54,353 nucleotides of DNA from IMG/VR virus record IMGVR_UViG_3300034082_002556. One strand, given 5' to 3'. Made by a program: the position numbers and the translations under genes. Positions 29,370 through 38,510 of the stretch are shown one piece after another (the stretch's first letter is position 1; every line of letters starts with the position of its first letter). The stretch is from an uncultured virus (IMG/VR IMGVR_UViG_3300034082_002556) (lineage: Duplodnaviria; Heunggongvirae; Uroviricota; Caudoviricetes). The notes beneath the pieces are model-generated. The model was not told the DNA's origin, did no database searches, and saw only the letters and a list, made by a program, of their open reading frames with translations.

Positions 29370-29633
29370 TTATCGACCGGGAAGGCCAGGTGTGGCACTG
29401 TGTCGTTCTTTGCGTGTTCTTCGATCTTCCACATGCGTGGATTTTAGCAAAAGCTCACGCCCAATTTTGCCTTGTTCAATTTCTTCCAGAGCCTTGACAA
29501 GATTGCCCGAATTGCTGACAACAGTTGGTTGATACCCCACAGAAAGTTCTCTAGCACGCCTGGATGCAATCAGCACCAGGTCGTACCGGTTGCCCACTGC
29601 ACTTACTGCTGATTCACTGGTGTATCTGGCCAT
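29370..29633 (-). CDS. rpoZ: RNA polymerase omega subunit homolog
   Basis: MARYT...GNRYDLVLIASRRAREL...ALEEIEQGKI. Confidence 0.85.
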   Translation of the reverse strand: MARYTSESAVSAVGNRYDLVLIASRRARELSVGYQPTVVSNSGNLVKALEEIEQGKIGRELLLKSTHVEDRRTRKERHSATPGLPGR

Positions 29634-29663
29634 AAAATTTTCCTTTTGTTAAACTATGTGTGT

Positions 29664-29692
29664 ATTATAGCAAATTATTCATTTGTTGTCAA
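29664..29692 (-). promoter_or_regulatory. sigma70-type promoter
   Basis: TTGACA-17-TATAAT upstream of rpoZ. Confidence 0.85.
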
Positions 29693-31252
29693 CGGCATGA
29701 TACCCAGTCGGCGATGCAACAACTCCTTGTATTCAATTGCTCGCTGTTGTTTTCTAACATCAACACTGTGCCAATCAAAATCTTTCATTGGTTTGTTCAG
29801 AGCAAAGTCCAAATCAAACCCAAGCCCGGCAATTTCAAATGCGGCCAAATTGCTTACTTTTCTATTACCGTCACGAATGCCCTGAGCCATTAACTCGTCA
29901 GCCATGCGTTTGCAATCTTCAAAGGTGGTAAATTGATTTTTCCACAAGTACCGATTGTTGTCTTGTGTTCCAGTGATTTCGTATCCGTATTTTTCTGGGT
30001 AACGATCGAACTCACTTGTGTAGGCTAGATTTTGTTGACTTAGATAAAATGGAAGCACCACCCAGGAGTCTAGTGGTATATCTTTGTTCAGCAAAGCCTG
30101 TGCAGTACGTTCCATGCTGGCAATTTCTTCTCCAGGCAATCCAAAGATAAATGTACCATGCAACAGAATACGATCACCGTATTTTTCTTTGCAAATGCGC
30201 AAGGTATCAATCAGCTTTTGTCTTGATCCACCTTTACCAATCAACTTGGCAGTGGCAGGGTCAAGTGTTTCAATACCGAAAAAACATCCACGACATCCAC
30301 TGTCAAACAACAAGTCAATGGTATGAGGGTGAGCTGCCAGCAGATCTAATCTAGCAAATGCCCAAAACTCTAAATCAAACGGCAGTGATTTAGACACACG
30401 ATGTATCATCTCTACTTTTTCTTGACTGTCATTAAATGTGTCATCGGAAAACAAGTACCTTGTGACTCCGAATTGCTGATAATTATCAATCAGTTCGTTG
30501 CGCAGAGTTTCTTCATGCTTGATGTGATCTAATTTTTTCTTGCCGTTCAAGGGATAACTGCAAAATCCACATCGAAATATACAACCTCGACTGATCTCGA
30601 TTACCAATGTTTCCCCGGGCAAGATAGCATCCTGAGGTTGATATTTCATAACACTGCTGTTAAAGTCGTATGATTCGGCCGCTCGGTCATCCACTAGCGT
30701 GGTTCCAAACAAACTGCGCCGAGACTTTTCAAGTGGAGTGCCTTTGTGCAAATGATCAGCTAGATTTACTATGGCAACATCGCCGTAACCAATCACAGCA
30801 TAATCGTAATCTCGTATGTAAGATAAGTCTTGTGCATCTGGTCCACCAAGCACCCATTGACAATGCGGGTTGATATTGGAAACTAGCTCACGTAGTTCAC
30901 GGTTGTACTTGATACCATGTGGTAGAAACGCACCGGGCTCTCGCTCGGTATACTTCTGTCCACCGCGTTCGTGATCCAGCACGTCCGGGGTGTCAAGTTG
31001 AATGGGATTTTCTATTGACTGATAAAAGAAAGAATTAACTCCCACAAACAATGTTTGTTGATTAACTGTTTGTTGGAGTATGTTCTTGATTTCTTCAATT
31101 GAAAACACATGCAAGTGATTTATCACTAGCACTTCGTACCCAGCCGCTCTAAGCTCGCATGCAACTTTGTGAGAGCCCAGTGGCTTAGACAGCAACAACA
31201 CATCTGTGCGATCAGTAAGGATTACAACATTTGGTTTGTGGTTGTCTAGCAT
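29675..31252 (-). CDS. B12-binding-type (class B-like) radical SAM protein
   Basis: LGGP, EISRGCIFRCGFC, DDTF, GIET, FIFGLPGE. Confidence 0.85.
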   Translation of the reverse strand: MLDNHKPNVVILTDRTDVLLLSKPLGSHKVACELRAAGYEVLVINHLHVFSIEEIKNILQQTVNQQTLFVGVNSFFYQSIENPIQLDTPDVLDHERGGQKYTEREPGAFLPHGIKYNRELRELVSNINPHCQWVLGGPDAQDLSYIRDYDYAVIGYGDVAIVNLADHLHKGTPLEKSRRSLFGTTLVDDRAAESYDFNSSVMKYQPQDAILPGETLVIEISRGCIFRCGFCSYPLNGKKKLDHIKHEETLRNELIDNYQQFGVTRYLFSDDTFNDSQEKVEMIHRVSKSLPFDLEFWAFARLDLLAAHPHTIDLLFDSGCRGCFFGIETLDPATAKLIGKGGSRQKLIDTLRICKEKYGDRILLHGTFIFGLPGEEIASMERTAQALLNKDIPLDSWVVLPFYLSQQNLAYTSEFDRYPEKYGYEITGTQDNNRYLWKNQFTTFEDCKRMADELMAQGIRDGNRKVSNLAAFEIAGLGFDLDFALNKPMKDFDWHSVDVRKQQRAIEYKELLHRRLGIMPLTTNE

Positions 31253-31264
31253 AGCTGATACTTA

Positions 31265-31738
31265 TCAAGCCACTCGTTGCAGGCTTGGGAACTTGTCGGC
31301 TGCATGTGAGGCAGCCCAGGCATGCGGTTTCACCAACGGAATAACATTGCAGGTGCCGCGAATGTAGCCAATGGCTTGACTGACCACACATGAACTACCG
31401 TGCATTTCATCTGGGTTAATATCCAAGTGAACTTCAACTGGTCGATCTTCAAGTACAGTACTCAGTTTCTGAAACATTTCGCTAACCTTGTATACTTCAT
31501 TCATCAAACGCATGCTGGGACGATTGGCTCGTTGGTCGTAGTCACGTTCACGAGTGATTTCTCCAAAGATTTTGCAACCGTGGCATCCGTCGATATGTAC
31601 TACAATGCACACAGTGTAAACACCCCACCATATTCCATTGATACGATGGCGCTCCGAGTCTGCTCCTAGGTAGATACGTGTGTTTGGGCCTTGTTGGGCA
31701 ATATAATCCTTGACTTGGTTTATATCTATAGTTGGCAT
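31265..31738 (-). CDS. RNase H-like YkuK (DUF458) family protein
   Basis: IYLGADS, RLMNEV, EVHLDIN, KP.AWAASHAAD. Confidence 0.85.
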   Translation of the reverse strand: MPTIDINQVKDYIAQQGPNTRIYLGADSERHRINGIWWGVYTVCIVVHIDGCHGCKIFGEITRERDYDQRANRPSMRLMNEVYKVSEMFQKLSTVLEDRPVEVHLDINPDEMHGSSCVVSQAIGYIRGTCNVIPLVKPHAWAASHAADKFPSLQRVA

Positions 31739-31755
31739 ACAATTTCCTTTGTGTG

Positions 31756-32388
31756 TTATGTCTGTATGGAGTGGTCGGTATCTATTAAATTTTTATAACG
31801 TTGCCTAAAGTCGGCAAACGTGGGGTTGGTATCAAGCAGTAGAGAAAACAAATAGCGTTCAGTTATGATATTCTCCACGCTGTGATAGTGTTGCACATCA
31901 TAAGCATGCCATTGATGTAACGGAATCACAGTTTTAAAATCCACAGTCACATCCTTGTGGTAGATGTTGGCAGCACTGGAAAGATCGGGATTGGGTCGCG
32001 ATTCTTTGTAAAATACTGTGCGAACATCCGGACCGCCAAGCTCTAGCAAATAGTTTATGGCAACATATCTTGCACGATCACAATGTGGTGGACTTTGACT
32101 GGGAACCGACAATACATTTTTAATTTTACCAACCACTGCGGATACAACTGTGTTTGGAAAAAATTTCTGATAAACTGCTCTAATTTGATTTTGTATTTCG
32201 GCAGACAGTACAGTGTCTTTGGTGCCGTATTCGTGTGCAGCCACAGGGATTTCGTTGCGATGAAAATTGTCGACCCAGATCCTGTGTTCTTCAAACAAGG
32301 GGATTTGTTGGCAACAGTTGATCAACTGGGTTGCCAACGCTGTCGGCGGCGCAGGCAAATTTAAAAAAGCTACTTTAAGTGTCGACAT
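31756..32388 (-). CDS. hypothetical protein, possibly 2OG-Fe(II) oxygenase-like
   Basis: PHCD..R..AINY and a distal HSVEN motif. Confidence 0.55.
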   Translation of the reverse strand: MSTLKVAFLNLPAPPTALATQLINCCQQIPLFEEHRIWVDNFHRNEIPVAAHEYGTKDTVLSAEIQNQIRAVYQKFFPNTVVSAVVGKIKNVLSVPSQSPPHCDRARYVAINYLLELGGPDVRTVFYKESRPNPDLSSAANIYHKDVTVDFKTVIPLHQWHAYDVQHYHSVENIITERYLFSLLLDTNPTFADFRQRYKNLIDTDHSIQT

Positions 32389-32407
32389 TGTGTTATCTTA
32401 CTTATAC

Positions 32408-32491
32408 TGGTGCGAGTGGCCGGAGTCGAACCGGCACGCCCTAAGACGGGAGATTTTAAGTCTCCTGTGGCTACCATTACACCACACTCGC
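32408..32491 (-). tRNA. tRNA-Leu(TAA)
   Basis: Cloverleaf, long V-arm, CCA. Confidence 0.93.
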
Positions 32492-32498
32492 ATTAATC

Positions 32499-32580
32499 TG
32501 GTACCCCAACCCGGACTCGAACCGGGACGCCGAAGCAGTAGATTTTGAGTCTACCGTGTCTACCATTCCACCATCGGGGC
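32499..32580 (-). tRNA. tRNA-Leu(CAA)
   Basis: Cloverleaf, V-arm, CCA. Confidence 0.93.
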
Positions 32581-32582
32581 GT

Positions 32583-33011
32583 CTAAAAGTCTGCGGTAAC
32601 AGGCTTCAAATCTTCCACATCAGCTAGTCCGTCTTGGTTGTAACTGATGGATCCTCCGTAATAACCATTGTGGCTGTTACGAACTTCTAAATCTATATAT
32701 CCACGATCTGTGCGGATGGTCACAAATGCGTCATCGACGCACTCGTGTTCATCTTCGAGATCTTGTCTTTCAAAATCTTTTGACTCTACAGCCAACACTG
32801 TTGCACCACGCAGGATATCAAAAGAGTTGCCACTGCCCAGTACAGAGTCTACACCATTAACATGGTTGAACCACACAGAATTGCAACAATCATTTGCAGT
32901 GTCAAATCGATAGTGATTTCCGTTGATGTCGCGAAATACCAATGTCCATGCATCGTTGCCTATGAACATTCCGTTTATCTTTTTATTAACTAACACACTA
33001 AAGCACGACAT
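32583..33011 (-). CDS. hypothetical protein
   Basis: DCC..VWF and SHNGYYGG motifs; start at ATG 33011. Confidence 0.7.
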   Translation of the reverse strand: MSCFSVLVNKKINGMFIGNDAWTLVFRDINGNHYRFDTANDCCNSVWFNHVNGVDSVLGSGNSFDILRGATVLAVESKDFERQDLEDEHECVDDAFVTIRTDRGYIDLEVRNSHNGYYGGSISYNQDGLADVEDLKPVTADF

Positions 33012-33246
33012 CGCTAATCCTTTCTTTTTTAACGCGGCCAATTCGGCTTGATTTGTCCCAGTCGTAAGCAACACCGTCTGGACACACACCGTCTTTGACA
33101 GCGTCAACACCAAACACCCCGCATACTTCGAAGTCTGCTCCTGCAATGGTTACAAATACTCCAACAGTTTTGGCAAAGCTCATGGCCTCGTCCAAAGTTG
33201 CACATACGTTTAATGTTAGGTTATTTTTGCTGATTACTTTGTACAT
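32998..33246 (-). CDS. hypothetical protein (probably leaderless)
   Basis: ATG 6 nt after TATAAT. Confidence 0.7.
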   Translation of the reverse strand: MYKVISKNNLTLNVCATLDEAMSFAKTVGVFVTIAGADFEVCGVFGVDAVKDGVCPDGVAYDWDKSSRIGRVKKERISDVVL

Positions 33247-33252
33247 GCATCA

Positions 33253-33281
33253 ATTATACTACATTGTTGATTTTTGGTCAA
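33253..33281 (-). promoter_or_regulatory. sigma70-type promoter
   Basis: TTGACC-17-TATAAT. Confidence 0.8.
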
Positions 33282-33291
33282 CCATAAAAAA

Positions 33292-33422
33292 GCAAACATA
33301 CTGATTTCGCTAGGGCGTGTGTGAGATATCAGCATCTCTATGGGTCTTGCACCCGATCACCTGGTCCACTGGATTGTATCAAGCGCCAATGGTAGGTATA
33401 CCCCTACACGTCTAATGTTTGC
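33292..33422 (-). ncRNA. candidate structured ncRNA
   Basis: Closing stem GCAAACAT/ATGTTTGC with four internal hairpins. Confidence 0.5.
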
Positions 33423-33427
33423 AAAAC

Positions 33428-33501
33428 TGGTAGGTCATAACGGTAACGATCCGCTGTATGTGCAATGTCAATGCACCGCTCTACCTTTGAGCTAATGACC
33501 T
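33428..33501 (-). tRNA. tRNA-Val(GAC)
   Basis: Cloverleaf, CCA, variant T-loop ATCGTTA. Confidence 0.88.
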
Positions 33502-33510
33502 AAATATTCA

Positions 33511-34011
33511 TCAACTGCTTTCGTGAGTGTCAGTACCGCGTGGATCGTTTTCATCCGGTTGGTACAGATATGGACGATGTTTGATTTCTTCTTGTTCATC
33601 GTAAGTCCAACCCAGTGCCTTCATCATGCGATGTTTGACCAACAAGTTGGGACTGCGAAACACCTCAGTATCATCAAAGCCCAGCATGACACCAACTTCG
33701 CACACTGCACCACTACGGCAAACACCCGCCACACAGTGAACAACCACATTCATGTGATTGTCCTTTGCATGTTGCAATAGTCGAACAAGCTCGTTGGCCT
33801 GCTCTTGACTGCACCGCATGGCTTCGTCTAATGCAAAATCATTTTCTTCAATGTCTAAGAATTCAAATTGATGAACTTGCTTGAACTTGTACAAGGGTGT
33901 GGGAAAGTCACCAGGTGGATCCACAATTTGAATCAGCATAGCGTTCTCACCGGGATTGATATGAAATCCCCGGGCAATGTCGCTTTTGGCTACGTTTTGA
34001 ATCCACGGCAT
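33511..34011 (-). CDS. protein-tyrosine/dual-specificity phosphatase-like protein
   Basis: VVHCVAGVCRS (HCx5R). Confidence 0.85.
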   Translation of the reverse strand: MPWIQNVAKSDIARGFHINPGENAMLIQIVDPPGDFPTPLYKFKQVHQFEFLDIEENDFALDEAMRCSQEQANELVRLLQHAKDNHMNVVVHCVAGVCRSGAVCEVGVMLGFDDTEVFRSPNLLVKHRMMKALGWTYDEQEEIKHRPYLYQPDENDPRGTDTHESS

Positions 34012-34028
34012 GGTGCACTCCTTTTGAT

Positions 34029-34103
34029 TGGTACCCTAGCGTGGGAACGATCCACGGACCTACGCCTTATCAAGACGGCGCTCTACCACTGAGCTACTAG
34101 GGC
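34029..34103 (-). tRNA. tRNA-Ile(GAT)
   Basis: Cloverleaf, CCA, T-loop ATCGTTC. Confidence 0.88.
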
Positions 34104-34109
34104 AATAAA

Positions 34110-34184
34110 TGGTACCTGGACACGGTTTCGAACCGCGGACCCTCTCCGTGTAAAGGAGACGCTCTACCCCTGAGCTATCCAGGC
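34110..34184 (-). tRNA. tRNA-Val(TAC)
   Basis: Cloverleaf, CCA. Confidence 0.93.
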
Positions 34185-34195
34185 AAAATCTCAAC

Positions 34196-34271
34196 TGGGG
34201 TGTCACACGGGGAACGATCCCGTACTACCAGTTTCACAGACTAGTGTGCGAACCTCTACACTAGTGACACC
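34196..34271 (-). tRNA. tRNA-His(GTG)
   Basis: Cloverleaf with G-1/C73, CCA, T-loop ATCGTTC. Confidence 0.9.
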
Positions 34272-34278
34272 ATAGAAC

Positions 34279-34587
34279 TTATTCCAACTCTGTTGGCGGC
34301 AAAATACCATTGCTATGTCGATCTGTAGATTTTTCTACATCTTGAAACAATCTCTTTTCTTGAGTTGTTAGTTTATCTTTGTGTGTTTTCCTAGGATTAC
34401 CACACAAATAACATTCAGGGTTACCACAATCCATGGCGTGATGTTTTGCTAATCGATGAGGCTCTTGTATGGCTTTATCTTTGTCAGTTAACCCATGTGC
34501 TTTGGCAATCTTGACTTGCTTGTTTACAGCATTTTCATCTTTTTGAATACGCTTCGAACGTTTGAATTTATCTGACTCACTGTTCAT
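34279..34587 (-). CDS. hypothetical basic protein with CxxxxCxxC
   Basis: CGNPECYLCGNPRK; start at ATG 34587. Confidence 0.7.
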   Translation of the reverse strand: MNSESDKFKRSKRIQKDENAVNKQVKIAKAHGLTDKDKAIQEPHRLAKHHAMDCGNPECYLCGNPRKTHKDKLTTQEKRLFQDVEKSTDRHSNGILPPTELE

Positions 34588-35110
34588 GCCATGATCCATC
34601 TTTGTGTTTTTCAATTGCCAACCTCAGAGCCTGCTCAACATATTGGTTAAACGTGATATCCAAGTCATGCGCCGCCTTCATGTATTTTAGCAAATCCTCG
34701 TCGGAAAAATCAACTGGCATTTGTACTCGAGTATCGTAAACCTCGCCAGCTACAATAGCTAGACCCTTTTGGATCCACTCATCGTCAACTTCAAGATTGA
34801 TATACTCAACATCGTCCCAGGCTTGATTACCTAATTCTCCGCGGTCAACGGATTCATCGGCATGTGCTTGAGTGTACTCAGAATTGATAATACGATATGC
34901 ACGATTGTTAGTGTAGTCACAAACATCAACTTCGTAGACCTCCTGAGTCTTTGTATCAAACACAATATTGGCACTCCAGCCGCCGGCGCCGTGAATACCA
35001 TTCCACGCACTCAGGCTATATGCATCATCACCAAAACAACTCCAGCCGTAGTCGCTACCCTCGGTAACACGATAATTCACTACTTCCATGAATTCTTTAA
35101 AAGTAATCAT
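34577..35110 (-). CDS. hypothetical protein
   Basis: Start ATG 35110 with AAGGA; acidic 177 aa. Confidence 0.75.
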   Translation of the reverse strand: MITFKEFMEVVNYRVTEGSDYGWSCFGDDAYSLSAWNGIHGAGGWSANIVFDTKTQEVYEVDVCDYTNNRAYRIINSEYTQAHADESVDRGELGNQAWDDVEYINLEVDDEWIQKGLAIVAGEVYDTRVQMPVDFSDEDLLKYMKAAHDLDITFNQYVEQALRLAIEKHKDGSWHEQ

Positions 35111-35149
35111 TTCAATTCCTTGGTTTAAATTACTGTCTCTGCATGTAAA

Positions 35150-35178
35150 ATTATACACTAACTGCAATTTGTTGTCAA
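35150..35178 (-). promoter_or_regulatory. sigma70-type promoter
   Basis: TTGACA-17-TATAAT. Confidence 0.85.
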
Positions 35179-35202
35179 TGCATTTGTTTTGCCAGTTATG
35201 AT

Positions 35203-35278
35203 TGGTACCGCTGAAGGGAATCGAACCCCTATCCCGACGTTCGTAGCATCGTATTCTTATCCATTGAACTACAGCGAT
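35203..35278 (-). tRNA. tRNA-Arg(ACG)
   Basis: Cloverleaf, CCA. Confidence 0.9.
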
Positions 35279-35284
35279 ATAAAT

Positions 35285-35361
35285 TGGTCGGTGTGACACG
35301 ATTCGAACATGCGACCACTGCGTCCCAAACGCAGAGCTCTACCAGACTGAGCTACACACCG
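35285..35361 (-). tRNA. tRNA-Pro(TGG)
   Basis: Cloverleaf, CCA. Confidence 0.92.
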
Positions 35362-35362
35362 A

Positions 35363-35515
35363 TTAACTTGCTACAATTTTTGGAATGTATGGCACTGCTC
35401 TAGGACCACCATACAGTTGTTCAAAAAGTCGTTTAGCCTCTTGCGGGGTGTCCGCATAGATACGCTTCTTTTCTTCACCTTGTGGTGTTCTTACAGTTGT
35501 TTCATACATTGGCAT
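35363..35515 (-). CDS. small hypothetical protein (50 aa, not in ORF track)
   Basis: MPMYETTVRTPQGEEKKRIYADTPQEAKRLFEQLYGGPRAVPYIPKIVAS; AAGGA upstream. Confidence 0.65.
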   Translation of the reverse strand: MPMYETTVRTPQGEEKKRIYADTPQEAKRLFEQLYGGPRAVPYIPKIVAS

Positions 35516-35529
35516 ATTGTATCCTTGAA

Positions 35530-35603
35530 TGGAGCGGGGTGCGAGAATCGAACTCGCAACTCTAACTTGGAAGGATAGCGTTTTGCCACTAAACTAACCC
35601 CGC
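35530..35603 (-). tRNA. tRNA-Gly(TCC)
   Basis: Cloverleaf, U73, CCA. Confidence 0.92.
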
Positions 35604-35611
35604 TTGGTTTT

Positions 35612-35685
35612 TGGTGCCCCATGACAGAATCGAACTGCCGTAACCTGATTACAAAACAGGTGTAATACCATTATACTAATAGGGC
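35612..35685 (-). tRNA. tRNA-Thr(TGT)
   Basis: Cloverleaf, CCA. Confidence 0.9.
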
Positions 35686-35702
35686 ATCTTTACTATATAT
35701 CC

Positions 35703-35777
35703 TGGTAGTGATAAGTGGGAATGATCCACTCTCCTCGCCTTATGAGGGCGGTACGCATCCATCTACGTCATATCACC
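35703..35777 (-). tRNA. tRNA-Met or Ile2 (CAT)
   Basis: Cloverleaf, CCA, T-loop ATCATTC; identity unresolved. Confidence 0.8.
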
Positions 35778-35878
35778 ATATAGAAACACACTAACGAACC
35801 TGGCTGTGGGGATCGAACCCACTAAATCCCGTAGCACCAGCAGTACTGCTACGATACTGGTTAATGTGTTTTTATATG
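35777..35878 (-). ncRNA. stem-enclosed tRNA-like element (T-arm, no D arm)
   Basis: 19-bp closing stem, hairpin CGTAGCA/TGCTACG, T-arm GTGGG-TTCGATC-CCCAC. Confidence 0.55.
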
Positions 35879-35954
35879 GTAGGGGCACAGGGATTCGAAC
35901 CCTGACCTGGCAGATTAAAAGTCTGCTGTGCTAAACCGTTAACACTATACCCCC
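35877..35954 (-). tRNA. tRNA-Lys(TTT)
   Basis: Cloverleaf, CCA. Confidence 0.92.
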
Positions 35955-35957
35955 ATA

Positions 35958-36034
35958 TGGTCCCTCCACTGAGATTCGAACTCAGACTTCTCGGATTAAG
36001 AGTCCGGTATGCTAACCAGTAACATCTTGAAGGG
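35958..36034 (-). tRNA. tRNA-Lys(CTT)
   Basis: Cloverleaf, CCA. Confidence 0.88.
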
Positions 36035-36143
36035 ATGGATCGTAAAGAATTGTCTTTTACGTGCCATCCAGGACCATACGGGGGTCTAGGATGACACTAT
36101 CGTTTCGCTGAACGTTTCATGTCATTTTCCTTAGTAAAAACAT

Positions 36144-36172
36144 ATTATACGACAAATGTCATTTGTTGTCAA
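36144..36172 (-). promoter_or_regulatory. sigma70-type promoter
   Basis: TTGACA-17-TATAAT. Confidence 0.85.
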
Positions 36173-36180
36173 GTCATTTG

Positions 36181-36258
36181 TGGCTGAGGATCTAGGATTC
36201 GAACCTAGGAATGCCGGAATCAAAATCCGGTGCCTTGGACCAACTTGGCGAATCCCCA
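36181..36258 (-). tRNA. tRNA-Gln(TTG)
   Basis: Cloverleaf, CCA. Confidence 0.92.
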
Positions 36259-36264
36259 ACAAAA

Positions 36265-36699
36265 CTACAGGTACTCGTAGTTTACTGTGTCTGTGTTGGT
36301 ACGGTAAACCTTGGCACCATTTTTGATATGGAACCTACGGGCCATCTCAGTGGGCGGACTCAGTGTAACAAACCGTTGAATACCTGGCTTGTTTTTTTGA
36401 ATCCAGTCTCTTGCTTCAAAGATCAAGTCTCGTCCTGCTCCTGCTTCGTAGCTCCAAATGGTGTAGAAAACCACAACAATTGGCTCTTGGGAAGGAGTAA
36501 ACAATTGGCTTTCACTTTCGGGCACAATTGACTGGTAGCTCACGCAAGTGATTGCGCGGGCAGTTGAGTCATTTTTGCGAGCAACAAAAATGTCTCTGTT
36601 TTCACCAACTCTTGAAGAAGTTGGTATGTGTGGGCGCACAGGATCTTGTGCAATAAACTCAAGAAATGAGTCAGCGGCTGATTTAATTAGATGTAACAT
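36265..36699 (-). CDS. hypothetical protein, GNAT-like fold possible
   Basis: VFYTIWSY..GAGR.LI and FVTLSP motifs. Confidence 0.65.
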   Translation of the reverse strand: MLHLIKSAADSFLEFIAQDPVRPHIPTSSRVGENRDIFVARKNDSTARAITCVSYQSIVPESESQLFTPSQEPIVVVFYTIWSYEAGAGRDLIFEARDWIQKNKPGIQRFVTLSPPTEMARRFHIKNGAKVYRTNTDTVNYEYL

Positions 36700-36777
36700 A
36701 ATATCCTTATATATCTATTTTTGTATTACAATAACATTAAACTCAGCATGGGCTCGGCTACAGCATAAGTATTCTTG

Positions 36778-37209
36778 ATGCTAATTTCCCTAACAATCAA
36801 TCCCACCCAAGTTTGTCAAGACATCAAAATTGATGTATCCTTAAATGGTCATTTGTTGTCTACCTTGGTTTGTGACCAAAAATGGACTTTTGAACATGAA
36901 CTTGATGAAAGTGATATTTCACAAGACCATGTGTTAACTGTGACCATGCATGGCAAAAATCAAACGCACACAGTGGTTGACAGCAACAACCTCATAGTCT
37001 CGGACTGCACAGTACTCGTTGAACATATAACATTTGATGGCATAGATATTACTGATCTCTATGCAAAAGGTAAAAAATGCTACACTCACGATTTCAACGG
37101 AACACAGCCTGAGTTTACAGACGAATTCTACGGAATCATGGGCTGCAACGGCACAGTAACAATTGATTTTTATACTCCAATTCACATTTGGTTATTGGAG
37201 AATTGTTAA
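36778..37209 (+). CDS. hypothetical protein
   Basis: ORF after a TAAGTA element; coupled to the radical SAM gene. Confidence 0.7.
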   Translation: MLISLTINPTQVCQDIKIDVSLNGHLLSTLVCDQKWTFEHELDESDISQDHVLTVTMHGKNQTHTVVDSNNLIVSDCTVLVEHITFDGIDITDLYAKGKKCYTHDFNGTQPEFTDEFYGIMGCNGTVTIDFYTPIHIWLLENC

Positions 37210-38186
37210 TGATTGTTGCTGAACAAGTGACCGGAGTTGTAGTAGAAGCTACATCGCATTGCAATTTGCATTGCCCACAGTGTCCTAGATACGATCAGGA
37301 AGGATTCTTAAACAAGTTTCTAGTGCCTGACCATTTGGACTTTGAAGCATTTGAACAAAACTTTGTACTGTCTCAGTTGCCAAACCTCAAACACATTGTG
37401 TTTGAAGGCGACTACGGTGATATCATGATGCATCCACGTGCCGAAAGCTTTTTTAGGCACTGCTCAAGTGTGGAGTCAATTGTTGCATACACCAACGGTA
37501 GCATGCGATCCACAACCTGGTGGGCAAATCTTGCAACCATTCCCAACTTGACAGTTGTTTTTTCAATTGACGGATTAGCTGACACCAATGCAACATACAG
37601 AATCAATGCTGATTTTGATAAAATCATGCGCAACGCCCGGGCATACATCAATGCAGGCGGTCGTGCCACGTGGAAATTTCTTGTGTTCAAACACAATCAG
37701 CACCAAGTGGCGCAAGCACAAGAACTTGCCGCTAGCATGGGGTTTGCTGATTTTCAAACACAATCAACCAATAGAAACTTTTGGGATAATCCAATTTGGC
37801 CGGTAAAGATCAACGGTGAGTACTCACACGATATTGAAATGAGTGACACAGCTGATTCTACTCGTACCAAGGATTATATTGTGGCGCTTGACAAAGTCAA
37901 ACAACAACAATTTACCAAACCATCTTGTTCCTGGATCAACAGTGGTAGAATTTACATAAACCACAAAGGGCATGTGATTCCTTGTTGCATGACCAGTGGC
38001 TTGTCTTGGCAACGCGATATATCTGCACAGTTGTGGCAGCGCATTATACAGCATGTGGATTCAATTGATATCAATCAGCACAACATTGCTGACATATTAA
38101 CAAGTGACTTCTTTGTGCATAATCTAGCAACATCGCTGTCCAGCGCCAAGACAGTACATCCAACCTGTTTGTCTCAATGTTCATAA
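37209..38186 (+). CDS. radical SAM protein with C-terminal SPASM/twitch-like domain
   Basis: CNLHCPQC, TNG, FSIDG, FKHNQHQ, G.VIPCC. Confidence 0.88.
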   Translation: MIVAEQVTGVVVEATSHCNLHCPQCPRYDQEGFLNKFLVPDHLDFEAFEQNFVLSQLPNLKHIVFEGDYGDIMMHPRAESFFRHCSSVESIVAYTNGSMRSTTWWANLATIPNLTVVFSIDGLADTNATYRINADFDKIMRNARAYINAGGRATWKFLVFKHNQHQVAQAQELAASMGFADFQTQSTNRNFWDNPIWPVKINGEYSHDIEMSDTADSTRTKDYIVALDKVKQQQFTKPSCSWINSGRIYINHKGHVIPCCMTSGLSWQRDISAQLWQRIIQHVDSIDINQHNIADILTSDFFVHNLATSLSSAKTVHPTCLSQCS

Positions 38187-38261
38187 TGGCCCGGCGTAGA
38201 GGAATCGAACCCCTATAATGACTTTAGAAGAATCATGTCCTATCCGTTGAACGAACGCCGG
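38187..38261 (-). tRNA. tRNA-Arg(TCT)
   Basis: Cloverleaf, CCA. Confidence 0.9.
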
Positions 38262-38267
38262 AGTATT

Positions 38268-38343
38268 TGGTCTCCCTACAAGGATTCGAACCTTGACCAC
38301 ACGGCCCCAAACCGTGTACGCAACCAGATAACGCTTTAGAGAG
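38268..38343 (-). tRNA. tRNA-Pro(TGG)
   Basis: Cloverleaf, CCA. Confidence 0.88.
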
Positions 38344-38350
38344 ATAAACT

Positions 38351-38425
38351 TGGTGGAGACCGTCGGTATCGAACCGATCTAGACACGAATCTTGCAAGGA
38401 TCCGCCGTAGCCCTCTACTGCCCCC
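38351..38425 (-). tRNA. tRNA-Ala(TGC), atypical D arm
   Basis: G3.U70, anticodon arm, T arm, CCA; shortened D arm. Confidence 0.78.
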
Positions 38426-38510
38426 ATTATAGAAACACACTTAAACAGTCCTTCAACGTTAGTCGCTATCTCCCTTACTATCGGGCGGATCTGTATGTGT
38501 TTCTATAATG
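38425..38510 (-). ncRNA. stem-enclosed spacer element
   Basis: Perfect 15-bp CATTATAGAAACACA/TGTGTTTCTATAATG. Confidence 0.5.
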
